Shown: positions 26,835 to 35,947 of the stretch, one piece after another
Layout: each line of letters begins with the position of its first letter
Numbering within the stretch: the first letter of the stretch is position 1
Source of the DNA: a virus
Direction: 5' to 3' (one strand)
IMG/VR virus record: IMGVR_UViG_3300045988_126112
Span: 1 to 64,000 of that record
Length of the DNA stretch: 64,000 nucleotides
Notes under the pieces: model-generated
Seen by the model: only the letters and a program-made list of their open reading frames with translations
What the model was told of the DNA's origin: nothing
Database searches by the model: none
Translations under genes and position numbers: made by a program

Positions 26835-29153
26835 ATGACGAAAAAATTAAATAAAAAAATGATAGACAATATCAAGAATTATAGCATAACAACATTGTCA
26901 TCATTTGCAGAAGGTATAAGACAAACAATAGGTATGTATATAGGTCATAGAGGTAATAAAGGTTATCTTAATATGATTAGAGAGCTTATACAGAATGGAC
27001 TTGATGAAGAACAAAAAGAGGATTCTCCTGGTGATAAAGTTTATGTAAGATATAATGAAACTAATAAAGAAACTATGGTAGCTGATAATGGTAGAGGTAT
27101 ACCATTCGGTGATATAATTAGAGTGTTTACTAGTTCACATACATCTTCAAACTATAATAAGAAAAAAGGAGAATATTCAAGTGGATTAAATGGTGTTGGT
27201 GCAAAAGTAACAAATGCATTATCAGCAAGATTTACAGTTGACTCTTATATTTTAGGGGAACATAGAAGAGTTGAATTTGAAAAAGGTATTCCAGTTACAG
27301 AAGAATATGATGATATGAAAGATGTACCTAAAGATGCACAAGGTACAACTGTAACATGTATTCCTGATGAAGATGAAAAGATATTAGGTGAAATAACTCT
27401 TAAAGCTGAAGAAGTCTTACACTTAATAGAAAAACTTATGCCTATAACTAAAATAGGTAGTGAAGTTATATTTGAAGGTATAAAATGTAATGGTGAAGTT
27501 ATTAAGAAAATAATCAAAAATGAAGATGGTATGATTACAAACTTAATAGAAAAAACTTCAAAACCATTAATAGCTCCAGTTAGAATATTTAAAGATACTG
27601 GAGAAATGAAAGTGGAAGCATACTTTACTTATGATTCCAACTCTCTTGGAGATGAAGATATAGCATCTTTTGCTAATTTCTGTCCTACAGAAAGTGGTAC
27701 ACATTATAAAGGATTTGTAGATGGATTATGTAAATACTTTAGAAATTATATGAATAAAGTATATATGAAACCTATAAACAAGAAAAAGAAAAATAAACTT
27801 ACAATAGTAAATGCTGACATAATGGATGGATTAAGAGCAATAATTCATGTGTGTCATTTAGCACCACTATTTACAGGGCAAGCAAAAGAAGTATTATCAA
27901 ATGAAGAAATGGCTCCATTTGTAAGAGATACTGTATATGAACAATTAACTCAATGGTTTAATAGATATCCTAAAGACTTACAAAAGCTATGTAAACTCTT
28001 CAAAGAAGTTGCAGAAGTCAGAGTGAAAGCAGAAGAATCAAAGACTAAGTTAAGTAATAACTATAAGTCTGATATTTTTACTGGTCTTCCAACTAAATTC
28101 TTACCTCCAAATAGATTGAAAAATACTGAGATATTTATAGTCGAAGGGGATTCAGCTAAGAACTCTGCTTCAAACAGTAGAGATGAAACTTATCAAGGTG
28201 TTATGCCAATAAGAGGTAAGACATTAAATATAGTAGGTAAATCTAAGAAAGAAATATATTCAAATGAAGAAATATCTGGTATATTAGCTATATTAGATAA
28301 ATATAAAGATTGTAAACTTGTTATAACAGCTGACCGTGACCCAGATGGTAGTCATATAGCAACAAACTTATCAACAACTATAGCTATACTTAGACCAGAT
28401 GTAATTAAAGAAGGTAGATTGTTTAAAGCTTTACCACCATTATATGGAGTAAAGGTTGGAAAACAAATGATTTACTTTGGTACTAGAATTGAATATGTTG
28501 AATACTTACAAGATTTATTCTCTAAGAAAAATGAATTATGCATAAATGGAAAAGCTTTAGATAGAAAAGAAATGTCAGCTATGGCGTATAATAATATAGA
28601 TTATACTTATGAATTAGAATCATTTGCTAGAAAATATGCATTAAATCCAAAATTCTTAGAAAGTATAATCAAATATATGAATTATCCATTTGATAAATTA
28701 CAATCAATTCTTAAATCTATTTATGGAAAAACTATAGATATATCTAAGAGAGGTAATTATATAGTAATAAATGGATTAGTGGATAATGTAGTACAAACAT
28801 TATTTGTTAATGATAAATTCTATGAACAAGCTAGATATCTTAAAGATAAATATTTGTGTGACCCTGATGAAACTTATACATTAAATGGTGTAAATTATAT
28901 ATGGTTATATGATATAATGAAAGCATTTGAAAGTACTACAAATGTAAATGTTACAAGATATAAAGGGTTAGGTGAAATGAATCCTGCAGAGTTTGCAAAA
29001 ACAACTCTTAAACCTGAAAATAGAATATGGGTTCAATATACTTTTGACAATATGAAAGAAGATATAGCTAAATTAAAAGAATACTCAACAACTAAAGGTA
29101 AGAAACTTTTAATCAAAGGTGATACAGCAAGAAGAGCAGATTTACTAGGGTAA
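26835..29153 (+). CDS. type IIA DNA topoisomerase, ATPase/Toprim subunit (GyrB/ParE/T4 gp39-like)
   Basis: GHKL motifs ELIQNGLDE, DNGRGIP and GLNGVGAKVTNALS. Toprim motifs EGDSA and DRDPDGSHI. YKGLGEM near the C-terminus. Confidence 0.9.
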   Translation: MTKKLNKKMIDNIKNYSITTLSSFAEGIRQTIGMYIGHRGNKGYLNMIRELIQNGLDEEQKEDSPGDKVYVRYNETNKETMVADNGRGIPFGDIIRVFTSSHTSSNYNKKKGEYSSGLNGVGAKVTNALSARFTVDSYILGEHRRVEFEKGIPVTEEYDDMKDVPKDAQGTTVTCIPDEDEKILGEITLKAEEVLHLIEKLMPITKIGSEVIFEGIKCNGEVIKKIIKNEDGMITNLIEKTSKPLIAPVRIFKDTGEMKVEAYFTYDSNSLGDEDIASFANFCPTESGTHYKGFVDGLCKYFRNYMNKVYMKPINKKKKNKLTIVNADIMDGLRAIIHVCHLAPLFTGQAKEVLSNEEMAPFVRDTVYEQLTQWFNRYPKDLQKLCKLFKEVAEVRVKAEESKTKLSNNYKSDIFTGLPTKFLPPNRLKNTEIFIVEGDSAKNSASNSRDETYQGVMPIRGKTLNIVGKSKKEIYSNEEISGILAILDKYKDCKLVITADRDPDGSHIATNLSTTIAILRPDVIKEGRLFKALPPLYGVKVGKQMIYFGTRIEYVEYLQDLFSKKNELCINGKALDRKEMSAMAYNNIDYTYELESFARKYALNPKFLESIIKYMNYPFDKLQSILKSIYGKTIDISKRGNYIVINGLVDNVVQTLFVNDKFYEQARYLKDKYLCDPDETYTLNGVNYIWLYDIMKAFESTTNVNVTRYKGLGEMNPAEFAKTTLKPENRIWVQYTFDNMKEDIAKLKEYSTTKGKKLLIKGDTARRADLLG

Positions 29154-29166
29154 TTAATTACCCTAG
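29145..29166. repeat. perfect 22-nt palindrome ctagggtaattaattaccctag spanning the stop codon
   Basis: Read directly from the sequence. It lies between the two topoisomerase subunit genes and has no T-run. Confidence 0.9.
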
Positions 29167-29199
29167 TTTAAACATGCAATTGAAGGAGAGTGTTAATAT

Positions 29200-31584
29200 A
29201 TGGGAGAAATAATTAAAAAGAATATTTGTAAAGCATTTGAAGAAGATGCATCTAGATATGCATTATATGTCAATAGACGTAGAGCGTTACCTGATATTAG
29301 GGACGGATTGAAACCATTTCAAAGAAGAGTTATTTATGCAGGACTAAAAGACGTAAAATGTTTTGATTTTAATCACAAAGTAAAATCACAAGAATTAGTA
29401 GGAGCAGTAATAGGTAAATATCATCCTCATGGTGATGCTGCTGTATATGATGGTATGTCAGGTATGGTAAACTGGTTTAAAATAAATGTACCTTTACTTA
29501 TAGGTGAAGGTGGATGGGGCGACTTCCAAGGTAATAAAGCATCTGCATCTAGATATACAGAAACATTCTTATCACCATTTACATTAAAATATGTAATAGG
29601 AGATTTAATAGAAGAAAAAGATATCGTTGATTATCTTCCAACTTATAATGATGTAAGAATGGAACCAGAATATTTTCCAGTTAAAGTACCACTATTATTA
29701 TTAAATGGTAATTTTGGTATAGGATATGGAATGGCTATGAATATACCAACTCATAATGTAAATGAAGTAATAGATGCTACAATCAATTTAATACACAATC
29801 CACAAGATGATGTAGTATTAGTTCCAGATAGTTGTATGGAATGTGAGATAGTGAATACAGATTGGAAATCTATATGTAATTTAGGTAAAGGTAGTTATAT
29901 ATCAAGAGGTATAATAGATACAGTAATAGAAAAGAATAAGATAACTTTGGTTATTAAATCTATACCAGATTTAACTTACTTAGATAATATAACTGATAGT
30001 ATAAAGAAATTTATAGAAAAGAAAATGTTGCCTCAAATAAGTGATATGAAAGATAGATCTTATATAGACCCTAAAACAGAAAAAGAGGTAATGAAATATG
30101 TAATTGAGCTTAAGAATGGTTCTGACCCTGAATATGTAAAATCATTTATATATAAGAATACACAATTACAAAAGACTAATACTATATCTATGGAAATCAT
30201 AAAAGACTTCAACCCAAAAAGAATATCTTATAAAGAGTATTTGATAAGATTTCTAGATATAAGAATGACAACTAAATTATCATATTATTACAATAAACTT
30301 TCAAAGGTAAATACAAAATATCATGAAATGGATGCTTTCGTTAAACTTCTTGAAAGTGGACAAATAAATGAAATAATAGAAATGATACAAAGTAATAATA
30401 AAGCAGATGATGAATTAGTTAAGTATCTTTCTGATTTATTAGATATCACAGATTTTCAAGCTACTTATATTATAAATCAAAATATAAGAAAATTATCTTT
30501 ATATCATCTAGACAATTATAGAGCTAAAAGAGAAGAATATGAATCTTTAAGAAAAAAATATATTCATATGATAGAAGATGAAGATGCTCTTTTACAAGAA
30601 ATAGAAGATGAACTTATTGAGTTTAAACTTAAATATGGTAAACAAAGAAAAAGTAAAATTATATCTAAAGCAGAAATGATTAATGTACCTAAAGGAAGAT
30701 TTAAACTTATAATAACTGAAAAGAATTGTATAAAGAAAGTTCCAGATACAGCATCTATAGGTAGCTTTAGAGATGATAAACCTAGATTAATTCTTGAAGG
30801 AGATAATGAACAAAATATATTAATATTCTGTATGGAAGGTAAAGTATATAAATTACCTATACATAAGATACCATTATGTCAAGGTAATTCAAATGGTACT
30901 CCATTGAATATGATATCAAATAAACTAATAGGCTCAATAGTTACAGTTATGTATGAGCCTGCATTGGAAAGTTTAACTAAACTTAATAGACCTTATTTTA
31001 TAAGTGTAGCAACTAAATATGGATATATTAAGAAAATGGATATAGATGACTTTCTTGCAGTTCCACCAAGTGGAATTATATACTCTAAATTGAATGAAGG
31101 AGATTATATAAGTAATATAAGTATTATAGGAGCTGGTGCAGATATTATATTAACAAATAATACAGATAAAGTATTGAGATTAAATAGTAATGATATTCCT
31201 CATTTAAAGAGAAGTACAAAAGGAAATATCACATTCTCTAATACAGTAGAAAATCAAGCTAACGAAGTTAATAAAATGTCTATAATTAAACCAGACGACA
31301 CAGATGTAGTTGTTATAACAGATAGTGGTAAAGTTAATAGATTAAGTATAGCTGCATTACCATGTGGTAAAAGAAATACTACAGGTAATAAAGTTATTAA
31401 GTTATCTAAAGGCGACCATATCAATTGTGTAATAACAACTAGACAAGATAAGACTTTATTATTGGAAACTCAAAATGGTAATATAGAATTAAAAGTTTCT
31501 GATTTACCATTAGGTAGTAGTATGAGTGCAGGTAATAAAGTTATTAACAAGAATGATATAATACTTAGCTGTAACATAATATAA
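29200..31584 (+). CDS. type IIA DNA topoisomerase, breakage-reunion subunit (GyrA/ParC/T4 gp52-like)
   Basis: RALPDIRDGLKPFQRRVIYA, YHPHGD, and SRYTE (active-site Tyr context). Confidence 0.9.
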   Translation: MGEIIKKNICKAFEEDASRYALYVNRRRALPDIRDGLKPFQRRVIYAGLKDVKCFDFNHKVKSQELVGAVIGKYHPHGDAAVYDGMSGMVNWFKINVPLLIGEGGWGDFQGNKASASRYTETFLSPFTLKYVIGDLIEEKDIVDYLPTYNDVRMEPEYFPVKVPLLLLNGNFGIGYGMAMNIPTHNVNEVIDATINLIHNPQDDVVLVPDSCMECEIVNTDWKSICNLGKGSYISRGIIDTVIEKNKITLVIKSIPDLTYLDNITDSIKKFIEKKMLPQISDMKDRSYIDPKTEKEVMKYVIELKNGSDPEYVKSFIYKNTQLQKTNTISMEIIKDFNPKRISYKEYLIRFLDIRMTTKLSYYYNKLSKVNTKYHEMDAFVKLLESGQINEIIEMIQSNNKADDELVKYLSDLLDITDFQATYIINQNIRKLSLYHLDNYRAKREEYESLRKKYIHMIEDEDALLQEIEDELIEFKLKYGKQRKSKIISKAEMINVPKGRFKLIITEKNCIKKVPDTASIGSFRDDKPRLILEGDNEQNILIFCMEGKVYKLPIHKIPLCQGNSNGTPLNMISNKLIGSIVTVMYEPALESLTKLNRPYFISVATKYGYIKKMDIDDFLAVPPSGIIYSKLNEGDYISNISIIGAGADIILTNNTDKVLRLNSNDIPHLKRSTKGNITFSNTVENQANEVNKMSIIKPDDTDVVVITDSGKVNRLSIAALPCGKRNTTGNKVIKLSKGDHINCVITTRQDKTLLLETQNGNIELKVSDLPLGSSMSAGNKVINKNDIILSCNII

Positions 31585-31648
31585 GTATATAACATAATAT
31601 TAGATAGATTTTTGGTTATTTTATTCTTAAAAGATCCTTATGAGAGTT

Positions 31649-31682
31649 GAGAGATGGGTGGTTCCATCTCTCTTTATTTTTT
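31649..31682 (+). terminator. rho-independent terminator
   Basis: Stem gagagatgg/ccatctctc with loop gtggtt, followed by tttatttttt. Confidence 0.8.
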
Positions 31683-31698
31683 AAAAATAATAATAATC

Positions 31699-31708
31699 AT
31701 ATATTATA
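31699..31708 (+). promoter_or_regulatory. ATATATTATA promoter-like motif
   Basis: Exact 10-mer 53 nt upstream of ATG 31752. Confidence 0.45.
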
Positions 31709-31751
31709 ATGATGAGGAATAAAAAATTATAAACTTGGGAGGAATATAAAA

Positions 31752-32468
31752 ATGAAATGTAAAAAAACAATAATTAGTGTAATAGTATTATCATCTTTAG
31801 GATTAAATTCTTCAATTGATAATGCTATTACAATCAAAGAAGTAAAACCAGTAGTTGAATCAGCAAAAACAATAAAGAAAAAGAAAGTAGTAAAATCAGA
31901 ACCAATAACTTCAGATGCAATTCTTTATAAAGAAGAAATAAAGGATATGAAAAAGAAGTTATTAAAACAAGCAAAGAAAAGTAATAAGAATGCTAATATG
32001 GAAATGATAGATTATGCATTCGAATCAGCAGATAATAGAAAGAGCATGGAAAAAGATATGAATGATTATCTTAAACTTGTAGCCATGCATTTATCAATTA
32101 TGGAAATTGAAAGTAATTTCAATAATTCTGTAATATGTAAAAATCCAACCACATTAGATATTGGACTAATGCAAGTTAATACTTCTGTAGTGGGATATAT
32201 AAGAAAAGGATTAAAAGACCAATCTCTTAATCCTTATAATTTAAAAGATAATGTTGAGATGGGTAGCTATGAGCTTTATACTTGTTATAAGAAAGCTAAG
32301 AAAAAACATCCATCTAATATATTATGGTATACATATGCATACTATAATAGAGGATTATACTTTGAAAAGTATAGTTGGGATTATGATCAAACAAATAAAA
32401 GAAGTATGAAATTTATAAAAGCTTTTAATAAATACTATAAACGTATGTTTAAAGGAGGAGTAATATAA
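31752..32468 (+). CDS. membrane-anchored or secreted lytic transglycosylase (SLT domain)
   Basis: N-terminal hydrophobic segment KKTIISVIVLSSLGL. SLT motifs IMEIESNF (catalytic Glu-Ser), DIGLMQVN and AYYNRG. Confidence 0.75.
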   Translation: MKCKKTIISVIVLSSLGLNSSIDNAITIKEVKPVVESAKTIKKKKVVKSEPITSDAILYKEEIKDMKKKLLKQAKKSNKNANMEMIDYAFESADNRKSMEKDMNDYLKLVAMHLSIMEIESNFNNSVICKNPTTLDIGLMQVNTSVVGYIRKGLKDQSLNPYNLKDNVEMGSYELYTCYKKAKKKHPSNILWYTYAYYNRGLYFEKYSWDYDQTNKRSMKFIKAFNKYYKRMFKGGVI

Positions 32469-32644
32469 TGATGGATATAAGATTTATGATAGAATATATT
32501 AATAGAATACATAAAGCAATTGGAAAAGAAATATTTACATATGTGGACAGAAGTGATTTCTATTTTATAAAGAAAGGTGAAGAAAAGATAGCAGTAGTTG
32601 ATTTTATCATATATCATGATAGAATCAAAAAATTACTTGGTTAA
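32468..32644 (+). CDS. small hypothetical protein (58 aa, below the track cut-off)
   Basis: TAATG overlap with the SLT gene stop, with SD aggagg 9 nt upstream. I hand-translated it without in-frame stops: MMDIRFMIEYINRIHKAIGKEIFTYVDRSDFYFIKKGEEKIAVVDFIIYHDRIKKLLG. Confidence 0.55.
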   Translation: MMDIRFMIEYINRIHKAIGKEIFTYVDRSDFYFIKKGEEKIAVVDFIIYHDRIKKLLG

Positions 32645-32768
32645 TGAATTCTATAGTAATATAGTATAGAATTGTAATAAAAATAATAAATTGAAGGTAT
32701 GTATTATATAAAATTTAATCAAGACAGTAACAAATTAATATAAATAAATTTTTAGGAGGTATACTTAT

Positions 32769-33098
32769 ATGAAAAAAGTATTAGTAATTTTAAATGAACA
32801 ACACAAATTAATGGAATCACAAGAAGCATTATTAAATGACAGATTTAAAGACAACTGGAGAATATTACCAATACCACAAAATGGAATGACAAAACAACAA
32901 CAAGATGAAGCTTTAAGAGACATCAAAGGACATGTTGTAGTATTTGCATCACCTATTCCATATTTACTTGGTAAAGCTGTAGCTCAAGGTGAAACAACTT
33001 TAGTATTACATAATGACCTTAGAGATAAAAAAGAATTGCCAAATGGTAAAATCATCTCAGTAGTTGCAAAAGAAGGATGGGAACTTTTAGAAATATAG
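32769..33098 (+). CDS. hypothetical protein (monocistronic)
   Basis: 109-aa ORF with SD taggaggt and a terminator directly downstream. Confidence 0.8.
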   Translation: MKKVLVILNEQHKLMESQEALLNDRFKDNWRILPIPQNGMTKQQQDEALRDIKGHVVVFASPIPYLLGKAVAQGETTLVLHNDLRDKKELPNGKIISVVAKEGWELLEI

Positions 33099-33123
33099 AA
33101 AGGAGATAACTTAGCTAATCTTT

Positions 33124-33160
33124 AAAGGTAGTGGAGAAATCCCTACCTTTATTTTTTTTT
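33124..33160 (+). terminator. rho-independent terminator
   Basis: Stem aaaggtag/ctaccttt, followed by a 9-T run. Confidence 0.7.
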
Positions 33161-33170
33161 CTATGTTACT
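33159..33170 (+). promoter_or_regulatory. TTCTATGTTACT 12-mer (copy 1 of 3)
   Basis: Exact 12-mer directly after the terminator T-run, 36 nt upstream of the ATATATTATA motif. Confidence 0.4.
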
Positions 33171-33194
33171 GTGTAAAACTCACTTATTTTGATT

Positions 33195-33204
33195 ATATAT
33201 TATA
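33195..33204 (+). promoter_or_regulatory. ATATATTATA promoter-like motif
   Basis: Exact 10-mer 56 nt upstream of ATG 33251, followed by TAAGTGTCATAATATAA. Confidence 0.45.
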
Positions 33205-33250
33205 TAAGTGTCATAATATAATATATATAAATTTAAGGAGGTAAAATATT

Positions 33251-33496
33251 ATGAAAAAATTAGAAATAGTAAAATTAATGTTAAAGAATAATTATAAATT
33301 TGCTGGAGAAGTATCTGGAGATACAGTAAATGAAAATGCAAAGTATGCGGATTGTGCATACTACGATAAATATCTTACTTTTAAGAAAGATGGAGAAACA
33401 TTATTTATAAATTCTTATAAAGGAGCATTAGGAAGAAGAATAATTAGAATATTTGAAAACGGTAGCTATAGAACATACGCTACTGATTTACTATAA
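33251..33496 (+). CDS. hypothetical protein (monocistronic)
   Basis: 81-aa ORF with SD aaggaggt and a terminator directly downstream. Confidence 0.8.
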   Translation: MKKLEIVKLMLKNNYKFAGEVSGDTVNENAKYADCAYYDKYLTFKKDGETLFINSYKGALGRRIIRIFENGSYRTYATDLL

Positions 33497-33497
33497 T

Positions 33498-33528
33498 AAA
33501 TAGGGTCGAAAGACCCTATTTATTTTTT
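33498..33528 (+). terminator. rho-independent terminator
   Basis: Stem aaatagggtc/gaccctattt with loop gaaa, followed by a T-run. Confidence 0.85.
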
Positions 33529-33582
33529 GCTTATTTCTGTTTATAATAACATACTATTAATTCAAGAAAGGAGGTAACTTAT

Positions 33583-34764
33583 ATGACTGCTAAAAAAGGT
33601 GATGTCATACTTAAACAGATATACCCTAAAGTAAGTAATAAGATTAAGAATAATCAAAGTAAATATAAACAATGTCTTGCTAGATTTGTAGATAAACGTT
33701 CTACAGAATTATATGATATTGCTCCATGTGATAGAATATATTTTGGTATAGAAGACTTGGAAGATTATTATAAATCTACTGGAATAAATGAAAAAGAAGT
33801 TGAATCAGCTTTATCAAATACTTACTATGCTGATATAGGAAACTTTAATCCAAGAGCTGCTAAAGACCCTTTTACTATAGCACAATTATGTGTCGTACGT
33901 TATTATTTTTTGCAAAAGAAACAAAAAGAATTAGAAGTATCTTGTATATATTTAGCATTTTCTGGAAAGTTTTATCCATCAATACATCATGGGTCTTTCC
34001 CAAAAGTTCAGCCATCTGAATATAGACACGTGATGGAATATGTAATAAACAATGAGCTATCTAATAAGTATGATATAAAATCACAAGGAAGTGTATTTAA
34101 AGCTGTACTTAGTATTTGTAATACTTGGATAAAAACATATGATGATAGATTTAAATCTTTTGAAGATGAAGATTGTGTTTATCTTATACAACAACTTCAT
34201 GATAGAATTAAATCATTTATGAAGAATATAGCTGAAATATATTATAGAGTATATGCTGATAAAGACAAATATTTAGCTTATAGTAGTGATAATCTAAGTG
34301 ATGATAATTATAGAATAGCTGATAATGATTCTTTAAGAATTGAAAGATGTGTTGAAAATACAATGAGCTATATAAATAATACATCAGTAGATTATAAGTT
34401 ATGTAAAATGACTTCAGACAGTAACGTAAAAACAGATGAAGTCAAAAGTATAATAGAAAGTATATTAAACAATAATGATAATGTACCAGAAATAAAAGAG
34501 CTGGTAAGAATTATAATAGCTGAGTATTTTGTAAATTCAAAAACTAAAGATGTAAGGGATATAGATTTCATTACGAAATCTATTACACCAAAACCTAATA
34601 CAAAAAATACAAATATACTTAGGGAAAAACAAATAATTGAAGGATGGTTATGCGAAAATAGTAGTGCTTATATGAGAAGACGTAGCAGAGAAGCTACAAA
34701 AAACAGTTACTTTAAATCAGTACTTACATATTTCGTATTACTAATTCATAATTCTAATAAATAA
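33583..34764 (+). CDS. hypothetical protein
   Basis: 393-aa ORF with SD aaaggaggt. No family recognised. Confidence 0.8.
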   Translation: MTAKKGDVILKQIYPKVSNKIKNNQSKYKQCLARFVDKRSTELYDIAPCDRIYFGIEDLEDYYKSTGINEKEVESALSNTYYADIGNFNPRAAKDPFTIAQLCVVRYYFLQKKQKELEVSCIYLAFSGKFYPSIHHGSFPKVQPSEYRHVMEYVINNELSNKYDIKSQGSVFKAVLSICNTWIKTYDDRFKSFEDEDCVYLIQQLHDRIKSFMKNIAEIYYRVYADKDKYLAYSSDNLSDDNYRIADNDSLRIERCVENTMSYINNTSVDYKLCKMTSDSNVKTDEVKSIIESILNNNDNVPEIKELVRIIIAEYFVNSKTKDVRDIDFITKSITPKPNTKNTNILREKQIIEGWLCENSSAYMRRRSREATKNSYFKSVLTYFVLLIHNSNK

Positions 34765-34778
34765 TGGAGGGATATATT

Positions 34779-35369
34779 ATGGAAGAAAGATTAAAAAACA
34801 ACTTATTCAAATTCGATTCTATGGGAAAAATAGAATGCAACAAACTTGTTAATGTAGAATGTAGTAATGATAAGGTAATCATTACTAATAACAATAACCT
34901 TACTAAAGGTTTAAGATTTTATGAAACAGTAAATGACGTTGCTGTGTGTGAAATTATAGATAAACTTGTAGTTGAACCAAACTTAATATCTATCTATAAA
35001 GATGGTGAGCTTTCTAGAAGTTTAGATTTAAATAACATGGAAACTCTAGAATTGGATGCTATAGAAAATACAGATGATAATAGCACAGAAATAACTTGCT
35101 CTTATACTTTAACTAAAGAAGCTATAGAAAGAACTGAACAAGAAAGAGAAACTGAACCAGAAAGTGAAGAAATTGAAGTTCATATAAATCAAATACTACC
35201 TAATTATATGGAACATTTAAACACTTTCTTAAACTTACAAATAATAGAATATAATAAATTATTACTATCTCTTCTTAATCCTAATTTAAAAGTAGAAGGA
35301 TTACTTGATAGTATAACTATATTACCACAAGATGTTACTATAGAAGATTTAAATAAAGAAGAAAAATAA
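34779..35369 (+). CDS. hypothetical acidic protein
   Basis: The track ATG at 34764 is part of the SD (atggaggg). ATG 34779 follows at proper spacing. Confidence 0.75.
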   Translation: MEERLKNNLFKFDSMGKIECNKLVNVECSNDKVIITNNNNLTKGLRFYETVNDVAVCEIIDKLVVEPNLISIYKDGELSRSLDLNNMETLELDAIENTDDNSTEITCSYTLTKEAIERTEQERETEPESEEIEVHINQILPNYMEHLNTFLNLQIIEYNKLLLSLLNPNLKVEGLLDSITILPQDVTIEDLNKEEK

Positions 35370-35392
35370 TTTCATTAAGGAGGATTTATATT

Positions 35393-35935
35393 ATGATAAA
35401 CAATTCATTATTTACAAGTAAAGACCAAACATGGGAAACACCACAAGATTTATTTGACACTTTAAATAACGTATTCAATTTTGAAGTAGACGTATGTGCA
35501 GTTCCTGAAACTGCTAAGTGTAGTTATTTTTATACACCTGAAATAGATGGTTTATCTCAAACTTGGGATAATACATGTTGGATGAATCCTCCTTATGGAA
35601 GAGAACAAGTTAAATGGATAGAAAAAGCATACAGAGAAAGTTTAAAAACTGGCACTACTGTTGTATGTTTAATACCTGCTAGACCTGATACAAAGGTCTG
35701 GCAGAATATTATATTTCCAAATGCATCAAACATATGTTTCTTAAAAGGAAGACTTAAGTTTGGAAACTCAAAGGACTCAGCTCCTTTTCCATCAGCATTA
35801 ATAGTATTTGGAGATGTTAATCAACAACAATTAGAAGTATTAAACCAATTAGGATATTCAGTTAATGTACTACCTACAGATAGAGTTGTGATACATTATC
35901 ACTATGAACATCCAGGTGGAATAAGATTTTTTTAG
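35393..35935 (+). CDS. dam: phage-type DNA N6-adenine methyltransferase (Dam family)
   Basis: The N-terminus FTSKDQTWETPQDLFD..LN..FNFEVDVCA and catalytic NPPYG are characteristic of the phage N-6-adenine-methyltransferase family. Confidence 0.85.
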   Translation: MINNSLFTSKDQTWETPQDLFDTLNNVFNFEVDVCAVPETAKCSYFYTPEIDGLSQTWDNTCWMNPPYGREQVKWIEKAYRESLKTGTTVVCLIPARPDTKVWQNIIFPNASNICFLKGRLKFGNSKDSAPFPSALIVFGDVNQQQLEVLNQLGYSVNVLPTDRVVIHYHYEHPGGIRFF

Positions 35936-35947
35936 GAGGAAAATAAT

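Noticed and set aside
32435-32617. Minus-strand 60-aa track ORF between the SLT gene and 32769.
   Set aside because: The plus-strand 58-aa ORF 32468-32644 has an SD at correct spacing and a stop/start overlap with the upstream gene. The minus ORF has neither.
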